Source: Elusimicrobiota bacterium (GTDB lineage Bacteria > Elusimicrobiota > Elusimicrobia > Elusimicrobiales > UBA9959). From it: 19,591 nt of DNA. The stretch lies in the NCBI GenBank assembly GCA_037137395.1, contig JBAXKK010000048.1:1-19591 (forward strand), given 5' to 3'. The position numbers and the translations under genes are program-made. The first letter of the stretch is position 1; each line of letters begins with the position of its first letter. This document shows, piece by piece, positions 1 through 6,467 of the stretch. The notes beneath the pieces are model-generated. The model was not told where the DNA came from. It saw nothing but the letters and a program-made list of their open reading frames with translations, and did not search any database.

Positions 1-27
1 ATGTCTTCCGGTCTTAAGTTTAGCCAT
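1..27 (-). CDS. rpsT: 5' end of probable 30S ribosomal protein S20 (partial, runs off the window)
   Basis: The reverse complement of 1-27 is ATG GCT AAA CTT AAG ACC GGA AGA CAT = MAKLKTGRH, which I recall as an Elusimicrobia-type S20 N-terminus. rpsT divergent from murJ is a well-known arrangement. Only 9 codons are visible. Confidence 0.7.
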
Positions 28-29
28 AT

Positions 30-38
30 TGGTATAGT
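30..38 (+). promoter_or_regulatory. extended -10 candidate for murJ-uvrC
   Basis: TGGTATAGT (TGn + TATAGT) in the AT-rich divergent intergenic region, about 32 nt upstream of the murJ ATG. Confidence 0.35.
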
Positions 39-64
39 TTATTATTTTATGCGGAAAAAATCAA
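36..64 (-). promoter_or_regulatory. sigma70-type promoter candidate for rpsT
   Basis: Minus strand TTGATT (64-59), 17-nt spacer, TAAACT (41-36), ending 8 nt before the ATG at 27. Confidence 0.5.
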
Positions 65-70
65 GATGCC

Positions 71-1699
71 ATGACTGAGCCTCTTCAAAAGCCTATAGCC
101 AGCTTCCATAACGAGGCTCGCCACGAGCCCCCCTCCCGCGGGGACATCCCCACGGAAAGGGCACGGCCAGCCTCGTTCCTAAAAAAGCTGCGGGCGCTCA
201 GCTGCGCGACGCTTACCACCAAGGTGCTGGGCTACGCGCGCGACGCTATGCTCGTGGCCGTATTCGGGGGCGGGGCTCTTACAGACGCCTATTACGCCGC
301 CTTCCGCATCCTGAACCTCTTCAGGCGCACCGTGGGAGAGGGCGCGGTTAACGCCGGATTCATTCCCGCGCTGGAAAAAGAAAAAGCGGTGTCCAGGGAA
401 CATGGGGTAAAATTTTTCAGCGCGGCCTGGACGCTGGTCTTTTTTTTATCGCTGGCGCTGGCGGCGCTGGGCGTTGTTTTTAGGGAGGAGTTGGTAAAGC
501 TCACTTCCTACGGCTTCACGGTACGGCCTGAGCAATTCATTTTAACTGCGGCCGTGACCGCGATCCTGATGCCGCATCTTATTTTCGTCAATGTCTCGGC
601 GCTGTCGCAGGCGGCGCTGAACGCCGCCGGCAGATTTTTCTTGCCAGCTCTGGCCCCCGCCGCTTTTTCTGTTTCAATAATCTGCTATCTCCTGTTCATA
701 AACCGTCCAGCAGCCGCGGGCCTGCCGGAGAGCCTTAAGATCATGGGGCTGGCCGGGGCAGCGACACTGTCAGGATTGATACAGGTGATTATCCTCCTGC
801 CAATGCTGAAACGGGAGGGGTTCACCCTCTCTTTTTCAAATCCCTTCAAAAACCCCGCCACCGCCCGCGCCCTGCTCATGGCAGCGCCCGCGGCCGCGGC
901 CATGGCGCAGGACCAGCTCTCGCTTTTCGTGAACACAATTTACGCCAGTTTTCTTGAGCCGGGATCCATAACGGCCATCTACAACGCCGCCCGCATAATC
1001 CAGTTCCCCGTTTCACTCTTCGCGGCCTCGGCGGCCGCGGTGACGCTGCCTGAACTCTCAAGGCATTCAGCCCTGAATAAAACGGAAGAATTCGGCGCCG
1101 TTCTGGACGGGGCATTTAAGACAAGCGCTCTTATCATAATCCCCGCGGCGCTGGGCCTTATGGCGCTCAGTCTGCCCGTCTGCCGGACGCTGTTTGAGCA
1201 CGGCCGTTTCACGCCGGAACAGAGTTTCTTAACCTCGGGAGTGCTTTTTTATTTATCCCTGGGCCTGGTCGGATTCGGCGTCAATAAGATTGCCGCTTCA
1301 GCCTGCTACGGCGCCGGAGACGTAAAAACGCCGGTGAAGATAGTTATATTCCAGACCGCCCTGAACGCAATACTGTGCTTTTTTCTAATGCGCCCTATGG
1401 GCGCGCGGGGACTGGCGCTGGCCACGGCTCTCAGCTCACTTGCGGCGGCCGCGCTCTTCATGCGGGCTCTAAAGGCAAAGACCGCCTTACCTGCCGGAGA
1501 TTCAGTTTTTTACCTGAAAATTTTCGGAGCCTCGGCGCTGATGTGCGCCTTCTGCCTCGTGACGGCGCGGGCGCTGGCCGGCCTGCATCCGGCTTTCACG
1601 GTTGGACTGGCGGTGCCGGGCGCCATAGCTATATATTTTGGAGCGCTTAAAATCCTCAAACTCAAGGAACGCGCGCTTATAACCGGGGGATCATTCTGA
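71..1699 (+). CDS. murJ: Lipid II flippase MurJ (MviN)
   Basis: 542 aa with many hydrophobic segments. Motifs KVLGYARD, DAYYAAFRILNLFRRTVGEGA, AARIIQFP and LFEHGRFT match the MviN/MurJ family. Confidence 0.95.
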   Translation: MTEPLQKPIASFHNEARHEPPSRGDIPTERARPASFLKKLRALSCATLTTKVLGYARDAMLVAVFGGGALTDAYYAAFRILNLFRRTVGEGAVNAGFIPALEKEKAVSREHGVKFFSAAWTLVFFLSLALAALGVVFREELVKLTSYGFTVRPEQFILTAAVTAILMPHLIFVNVSALSQAALNAAGRFFLPALAPAAFSVSIICYLLFINRPAAAGLPESLKIMGLAGAATLSGLIQVIILLPMLKREGFTLSFSNPFKNPATARALLMAAPAAAAMAQDQLSLFVNTIYASFLEPGSITAIYNAARIIQFPVSLFAASAAAVTLPELSRHSALNKTEEFGAVLDGAFKTSALIIIPAALGLMALSLPVCRTLFEHGRFTPEQSFLTSGVLFYLSLGLVGFGVNKIAASACYGAGDVKTPVKIVIFQTALNAILCFFLMRPMGARGLALATALSSLAAAALFMRALKAKTALPAGDSVFYLKIFGASALMCAFCLVTARALAGLHPAFTVGLAVPGAIAIYFGALKILKLKERALITGGSF

Positions 1700-3006
1700 A
1701 TCTGCGCCACCTGCCGTCACGACCGGGAGTCTATCTGATGCGCGACTCCGCCGCCAATATCATATATATCGGCAAGGCTAAAGACCTGCGCAAGCGCGTG
1801 GGGCAGTATTTCATGAAGGGCGCCGGCAGACGGGACTCAAAGATACCCAACATGGCGGGGCTTATCCGCCAGATCGACTATATCGCTTCGGCCAGCGAGC
1901 GCGAGGCCCTGGTGCTGGAGCGGGAACTTATCTCGCGGCATAAGCCTTTCTTCAATGTTCTCTGGAAGGACTCCAAGAGTTATCCCTATGTAAAGATAAC
2001 GAGCGAAGAATATCCCAGAATTTTCTTCACACGTAAAAAAATTAATGACGGCGGACTTTACTTCGGGCCTTATCCCAAAGTGGAGACCATTATGAACCTG
2101 CTGCGCTATCTGTGGCGCATCAACTTCATAAACCTGCGGAGATGCCGCTGGGATTTTTCCGAAGCCAAGCCGCTGAGCGCGAAAAAGATCACAAGCTGCC
2201 TTTATTTTCATACGGCACAATGCGCGGCACCTTGCACCGGAAAGATATCCCCCGCCGAATATCGGACGCTGGTCACAAGGATAACGGATTTTTTCAGAGG
2301 AGACTTCGCCAAGCTCTTAAAAGGATTCCGGGCCGGCATGGCCGCCAGCTCGAAGGCAATGGATTATGAGAAGGCCGGCAATTTCAGAGATTTTATCGCG
2401 GCCATAGAACACATGGCCGAAAGGGTGCAGATAAGGGAGTTCAAAAAAGACCTGGTGGAGATAGAGACTTTAAAGACCGGCGCCGTCACTATGCTGATGA
2501 AAGACCTCGGCCTTCCCAAACCGCCCGCGCACATAGAAGCTTTCGATACTTCCAGCGCGCACGGAACACACGCCGTGGCCGCCTCGGTATGCTTTATAAA
2601 TTCGCAAAAGAATGCCGCGCATTATCGTCATTATAAAATACACTTTAAAAACGCTCCGGGCGGCTCCGACGACTTCGCGATGATAAAAGAAGCCGTAAAA
2701 CGCCGCCTCTCGCACTTCATCAAAAGCGGAGAACCCCTGCCGGACCTGCTTCTTATAGACGGCGGGAAAGGGCAGCTCGCCAGCGCCCTGAGCGCCATGC
2801 GGGAGCTGCGCCTAAAAGTCCCGGTCATAGCTCTCGCCAAAAGGCTGGAAGAAATATATATACCCTTTCAGGTCCATCCGGTGCGGCTTGATCACGCCCA
2901 TCCCGGACTGCTGCTCCTTGAAGCCATAAGGAACGAGGTCCACCGCTTCGCCGTAACCTATCACAAAAAGCTCCGCGACAAAGACGCCCTAAACTACGAA
3001 GAATAA
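1696..3006 (+). CDS. uvrC: Excinuclease ABC subunit C (compact form lacking C-terminal HhH); start probably CTG at 1696 rather than ATG at 1738
   Basis: GIY-YIG domain (LPSRPGVYLMRD...IIYIGKAKDLRKRV, EALVLE, YFGPY), Cys-rich region (CLYFHTAQCAAPC), UVR-like segment (MDYEKAGNFRD) and RNase H-like domain (IEAFDTS, DDFAMIKE, LPDLLLIDGGKGQL, IRNEVHRFAV). The in-frame sequence upstream of ATG 1738 encodes the conserved PGVY motif. Confidence 0.9.
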   Translation: MNLRHLPSRPGVYLMRDSAANIIYIGKAKDLRKRVGQYFMKGAGRRDSKIPNMAGLIRQIDYIASASEREALVLERELISRHKPFFNVLWKDSKSYPYVKITSEEYPRIFFTRKKINDGGLYFGPYPKVETIMNLLRYLWRINFINLRRCRWDFSEAKPLSAKKITSCLYFHTAQCAAPCTGKISPAEYRTLVTRITDFFRGDFAKLLKGFRAGMAASSKAMDYEKAGNFRDFIAAIEHMAERVQIREFKKDLVEIETLKTGAVTMLMKDLGLPKPPAHIEAFDTSSAHGTHAVAASVCFINSQKNAAHYRHYKIHFKNAPGGSDDFAMIKEAVKRRLSHFIKSGEPLPDLLLIDGGKGQLASALSAMRELRLKVPVIALAKRLEEIYIPFQVHPVRLDHAHPGLLLLEAIRNEVHRFAVTYHKKLRDKDALNYEE

Positions 3007-3031
3007 AGGAATTAGAGCAGATACTTATGGA

Positions 3032-3272
3032 AGTAGCGCACGATAGAGCGGGGTCCTGCCGACGGGTAGCCTTTTCGCGTTCCCTCGGCGACCTGCGGGT
3101 TCGAAGAGGCTACCCATCGTCACCCCTTCCCAGTTAATTTGTTCTGAAATCCTAAAATATATAATTACCCCCGCCCTTAGTGCCGGGGCTAACGCCGGAA
3201 AAGCTTCAAGTGCGTAAGTTTAATGGAGGGATGACGGGCGGTCGGCAGGCCCCCGACTAGGATCCCGCGACT
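3032..3272 (+). other. Structured intergenic element (candidate ncRNA or MITE/REP-like repeat)
   Basis: 3049-3063 pairs with 3241-3255 (14/15 bp). Hairpin 3064-3077/3102-3115 (14 bp including one G-U on the + strand). 3118-3130 pairs with 3225-3236. AT-rich centre. I recognise no known RNA family motif. Confidence 0.55.
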
Positions 3273-3341
3273 CGTTACCCAAAGCCGACCAACTGGCGTT
3301 ACATTATTTATGAATAATAAGATGAAAAAATAAAAGAAGCG

Positions 3342-3629
3342 ATGAAGGCTTATACGGATTTTCAACGGGCGGTGTGGATGGCTTGTATGACTATACCAAG
3401 GGGGCAGACTCGCAGTTATAAGTGGATAGCGGGACAGATAGGACGCCCTAAAGCGGTCAGGGCGGTGGGCTCAGCACTCGGCAAAAATCCTTTCGCCCCC
3501 CTCGTGCCCTGCCACAGGGTCATTAAGTCGGACGGGACCCTCGGCAGATACTCCGGACCCGGAGGCATCAAAGCCAAGAGAAGGCTACTGAATCTGGAGG
3601 CAAAGCAATTTAGATGCAAAGCCGCTTAG
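3342..3629 (+). CDS. ogt: Methylated-DNA--protein-cysteine methyltransferase (MGMT/Ogt family, C-terminal domain only)
   Basis: FQRAVW...IPRGQTRSY...IGRPKAVRAVGSALGKNP...VPCHRVI...LGRYSG...K..LL.LE. The PCHRV motif with the acceptor Cys is intact. Confidence 0.9.
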   Translation: MKAYTDFQRAVWMACMTIPRGQTRSYKWIAGQIGRPKAVRAVGSALGKNPFAPLVPCHRVIKSDGTLGRYSGPGGIKAKRRLLNLEAKQFRCKAA

Positions 3630-3690
3630 TTATAAGAAAAACAGGAATGAAAGGCAGGACTATCCCTCTGAACTACTTTACATCTGAACT

Positions 3691-3709
3691 GCCGCGCCGT
3701 CGGCGCGGC
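3691..3709. terminator. GC-rich hairpin between convergent ogt and pilC; possible terminator
   Basis: GCCGCGCCG-T-CGGCGCGGC is a perfect 9-nt inverted repeat 2 nt past the pilC stop. The U-tract is weak on both strands. Confidence 0.45.
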
Positions 3710-3711
3710 GT

Positions 3712-4914
3712 TTAGGCGTCTTTACCGGCCAGTTCGCCCATGCTGAACATCGGCATGAACATGGATATGACTATGGCGCCTATGACAAACCCCATAATAA
3801 CCATAATCAGCGGCTCTATCATCGAGGTCAAACCTTTGACCGCCGTATCCACTTCCTGGTCGTAAAAATCGGCTATCTTATTAAGCATGTTGTCGAGACC
3901 ACCGGTCTCCTCACCCACGCTTATCATCTGTATGACCATGGGTGGAAAAATGTTGGCGTTTTTAAGCGGGTCGGCTATCCGGCCTCCTTCCTTAATGGAG
4001 TCGCGGCTTTTATAAATAGCCCGCTCAATTATCTTATTGCCGGCGGTCTTGGCGACCGTTTCCAGGCCCTGCAGGATGGGCACGCCTGACTTTATCAGCG
4101 TGCCAAGAGTGCGCGTGAACTTGGCTATGGCGACCTTTTTAAGAAGGATGCCGACAACCGGAAGATTGAGAGATATCTCGTCAATCTTTTCCTGCCCTTT
4201 TTCCGTGTTGATATATTTCTTAACGCCCCAACCGGCGCCACCCAGGACGGCCAAAATATAGAGTATATTGTGTCGAAGGGCATCGGAGATGCCTATCATA
4301 ATCCTGGTAGGGAGCGGAAGCTCGGCGCCGAAGCCTGAAAAGATATCTTTAAAAACAGGAATTACGAAAAGTATCAGGAAAATGGTTATCAGAAAAGCCA
4401 CGCCGCCGACCACTGCAGGATACATCATAGCGGATTTAACTTTAGCCTTCAGGGCCTCAGACGACTCCAGATACGCGGAAAGCCTTTCCAGAATGATGTC
4501 CAGGATGCCGCCGACTTCTCCGGCCTTGATCATGGAAACATAGAGTTCAGTGAAAGCCTGGGGGTGTTTGCGCATCGCGTCGGCAATGGAAAGGCCTGAT
4601 TCTATATCCGCGCGCAAACCGGTTACTACGGTTTTAAAAGCCGGATTCTCGGCCTGGGCCTCAAGGATATTAAGGCCCTGTACTATGGGAACGCCAGCGG
4701 AGACCAGCGTGGAGAGCTGCCGGGAAAAAATAACCACGTCGCTGTTATTTACTTTAGCCTTAAAAAATTTCTTTTTCGCGTCTTTTTGAACCAATTCGAC
4801 CACCGTCAGACGCTGACTGGCCAGACGCGAGAGGGCCGCTTTCTGATCCGCCCCCTCCACTGTGCCCTTCACCACTCTGCCGCTCGGTTCTTTTGCTTTA
4901 TAAATGAATTGCAT
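3712..4914 (-). CDS. pilC: Type IV pilus inner-membrane platform protein PilC (GspF/T2SSF family), 400 aa
   Basis: FSRQLSTLVSAGVPIVQGL, AGEVGGILD, KVKSAMMYP, FTRTLGTLIKSGVPI, GEETGGLDNML, IEPLIMV. The start is placed at ATG 4914 (MQFIYKA, a typical PilC N-terminus); the extension to 4950 lies inside the repeat array. Confidence 0.93.
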   Translation of the reverse strand: MQFIYKAKEPSGRVVKGTVEGADQKAALSRLASQRLTVVELVQKDAKKKFFKAKVNNSDVVIFSRQLSTLVSAGVPIVQGLNILEAQAENPAFKTVVTGLRADIESGLSIADAMRKHPQAFTELYVSMIKAGEVGGILDIILERLSAYLESSEALKAKVKSAMMYPAVVGGVAFLITIFLILFVIPVFKDIFSGFGAELPLPTRIMIGISDALRHNILYILAVLGGAGWGVKKYINTEKGQEKIDEISLNLPVVGILLKKVAIAKFTRTLGTLIKSGVPILQGLETVAKTAGNKIIERAIYKSRDSIKEGGRIADPLKNANIFPPMVIQMISVGEETGGLDNMLNKIADFYDQEVDTAVKGLTSMIEPLIMVIMGFVIGAIVISMFMPMFSMGELAGKDA

Positions 4915-4920
4915 AAAAAA

Positions 4921-5013
4921 ATTAAGCACTGAAAGTTCAGGATTAAGCATTAAGAATTCAGGATTTAAGGCCTACTTACTTCTTACCACTTAATCCTTAC
5001 TACTTAACACCTG
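4921..5013. repeat. Inverted heptamer-array hairpin (ATTAAGC/ATTCAGG units vs ACTTAAT/ACTTACT units)
   Basis: About 7 degenerate 7-mers at 4921-4969, then about 5 roughly complementary 7-mers at 4974-5008, filling the pilT-pilC gap. Confidence 0.8.
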
Positions 5014-6090
5014 TCAACTGGTAATGGAAAGCGTCTTTTGCAGCAGTTTCTTGAGGTCTTCAGGATCGGCTGAACGCGTGATGGCTTCCTGATATGTTAT
5101 TTTCTGTCTCCGATAAAGTTCCACAAGAGCCTGATTCATGGTCACCATGCCGTATTTGCCGCCGGTCTGTATGACAGTGTTTATCTGTTCAACTTTCTGC
5201 TCTCTGATAAGATTTTTGATGGCTGATGTCGCCAACATAACTTCGCAGGCTAGTACACGGCCTGAGCCGGAGGCGGCGCTTAGAAGCTGCTGGGCAAAAA
5301 CGGCCTGCAGCACAAAAGAAAGCTGCACGCGAATCTGCTCCTGCTGGTGAGGCGGAAAAACGTCTATAATACGGTTAATTGTCTGAGCCGCGTCCGAAGT
5401 ATGAAGGGTCGCGAAAACTAAATGGCCTGTTTCCGCTATATTAAGCGCTGCGCTGATAGTCTCAAGATCGCGCATTTCGCCCACAAGTATGACATTGGGG
5501 TCCTGCCGGAGCACATGCCGAAGGGCCGCGCCGAAAGTTTCGGTATCGGAACCCACCTCGCGCTGGTTGACGATGCTCTTCTTGTGCGTGTGCACATACT
5601 CTATCGGGTCCTCGATGGTGATGATGTGATAGTTCCTGTTTTCGTTAAGGTAGTCTATCATGGAGGCCAAAGTCGTGGATTTGCCGGAACCCGTGGGCCC
5701 GGTGATAAGAAGCAGGCCCTTGGTCAACTTCATTAATTCATAAACGACCGGCGGGAGATTAAGCTCCTCAAAAGTTTTATATTTGCTGGGTATGGAACGG
5801 ATGGCCGCGCCCACCACTCCGCGCTGGCGGTATGCGTTCATCCTGAGGCGTCCCATGCCCTTGATGCCGAACGCGAAGTCAAGCTCGTTGGTGGCTTCAA
5901 AACGCTGGCGCTGGGCATCCGTCATAAGCGAAAAAACCAGAGTTTGGCACATCTCCGGAGTGAGCTTTTCAAAAGGTGTGGGCACCAGATCGCCGTCTAT
6001 GCGGAACATTGGCGAGGCGCCGGCGGTGAGGTGGATGTCCGAGGCTGTTTTCTCGTGCATCAGTATAAAAAGCTCGCTCATTGTAACCAT
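5014..6090 (-). CDS. pilT: Type IV pilus retraction ATPase PilT
   Basis: ASDIHL, Walker A GPTGSGKST, Asp box TIEDPIE, LRQDPNVILVGEMRD, His box TGHLVFATLH and the PilT-specific AIRNLIRE-like motif (AIKNLIRE). Confidence 0.96.
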   Translation of the reverse strand: MVTMSELFILMHEKTASDIHLTAGASPMFRIDGDLVPTPFEKLTPEMCQTLVFSLMTDAQRQRFEATNELDFAFGIKGMGRLRMNAYRQRGVVGAAIRSIPSKYKTFEELNLPPVVYELMKLTKGLLLITGPTGSGKSTTLASMIDYLNENRNYHIITIEDPIEYVHTHKKSIVNQREVGSDTETFGAALRHVLRQDPNVILVGEMRDLETISAALNIAETGHLVFATLHTSDAAQTINRIIDVFPPHQQEQIRVQLSFVLQAVFAQQLLSAASGSGRVLACEVMLATSAIKNLIREQKVEQINTVIQTGGKYGMVTMNQALVELYRRQKITYQEAITRSADPEDLKKLLQKTLSITS

Positions 6091-6194
6091 AATTTTTTAT
6101 CTCTGAAAAATAATTCTGCGTTCAGCCCGCTTTTGAAGGAACCTTAACGCCCTCTAAAAAATTCTGCCGCACGACACGGCCGCTTGACAGAATT

Positions 6195-6222
6195 ATTCTA
6201 TCATTTTTAATGTTGTTATCAA
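6195..6222 (-). promoter_or_regulatory. sigma70-type promoter candidate for pilT-pilC
   Basis: Minus strand TTGATA (6222-6217), 16-nt spacer ending in TGA, TAGAAT (6200-6195), giving an extended -10 TGnTAGAAT about 105 nt upstream of pilT. Confidence 0.55.
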
Positions 6223-6322
6223 GGAGAATTTTAAACTTTCCCGGCTCAATATCGGCTCAGATTTACATCGCAGGCCTCTTTATTATTTTTTTACAACTCC
6301 GGTATAGCAATGATACCATCAG

Positions 6323-6365
6323 AAACAAAAATTGCCCGGCCGGTCATATTTCGGGCCGCGGCAAT
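6323..6365 (-). terminator. Intrinsic terminator
   Basis: Minus strand ATTGCC-G-CGGCC / loop / GGCCG-GGCAAT (11 bp with one bulge) running into TTTTTGTTT. Confidence 0.7.
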
Positions 6366-6406
6366 ATATTGCTGGTTTCCGGATCGCCACCCCCCAGTGT
6401 CACTAG

Positions 6407-6415
6407 ATTATATCA
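6407..6415 (-). promoter_or_regulatory. Perfect extended -10 promoter element
   Basis: Minus strand TGATATAAT (TGn + TATAAT); the predicted start near 6400 is about 80 nt upstream of the end of the terminator at 6323. Confidence 0.5.
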
Positions 6416-6467
6416 GGGACCCGGGGAAGGATTACCGTCATATCCGGAATAAAAACAAGCCCTCTCA

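Noticed and set aside
71..175. Hydrophilic ~35-aa N-terminal extension of MurJ as a separate feature
   Set aside because: No alternative start or motif is evident, and variable N-terminal tails are common in MurJ.
3027..3137. 36-aa + strand ORF (MEVAHDRAGSCRR...) inside the structured element
   Set aside because: The SD is poorly spaced, the peptide is not recognisable, and base-pairing explains the sequence better.
3007..3341. SRP RNA, RNase P RNA, tmRNA or tRNA identity for the structured element
   Set aside because: I could not find their hallmark motifs (SRP GGAA-loop helix, RNase P GAGGAAAGUCC, tRNA-like T-arm with CCA end) on either strand by eye.
4915..4950. ORF-track N-terminal extension of PilC (MLNPELSVLNFF)
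   Set aside because: It is a translation of the heptamer repeat; the family-like N-terminus begins at ATG 4914.
6210..6452. 80-aa + strand ORF in the pilT upstream region
   Set aside because: No SD, no recognisable motif, and it overlaps minus-strand promoter and terminator signals; probably spurious.
6091..6467. c-di-GMP-I (GEMM) riboswitch upstream of the pilus genes
   Set aside because: The GGCAAAC...GAAA...GACGCAAAG pattern is not present on the minus strand.
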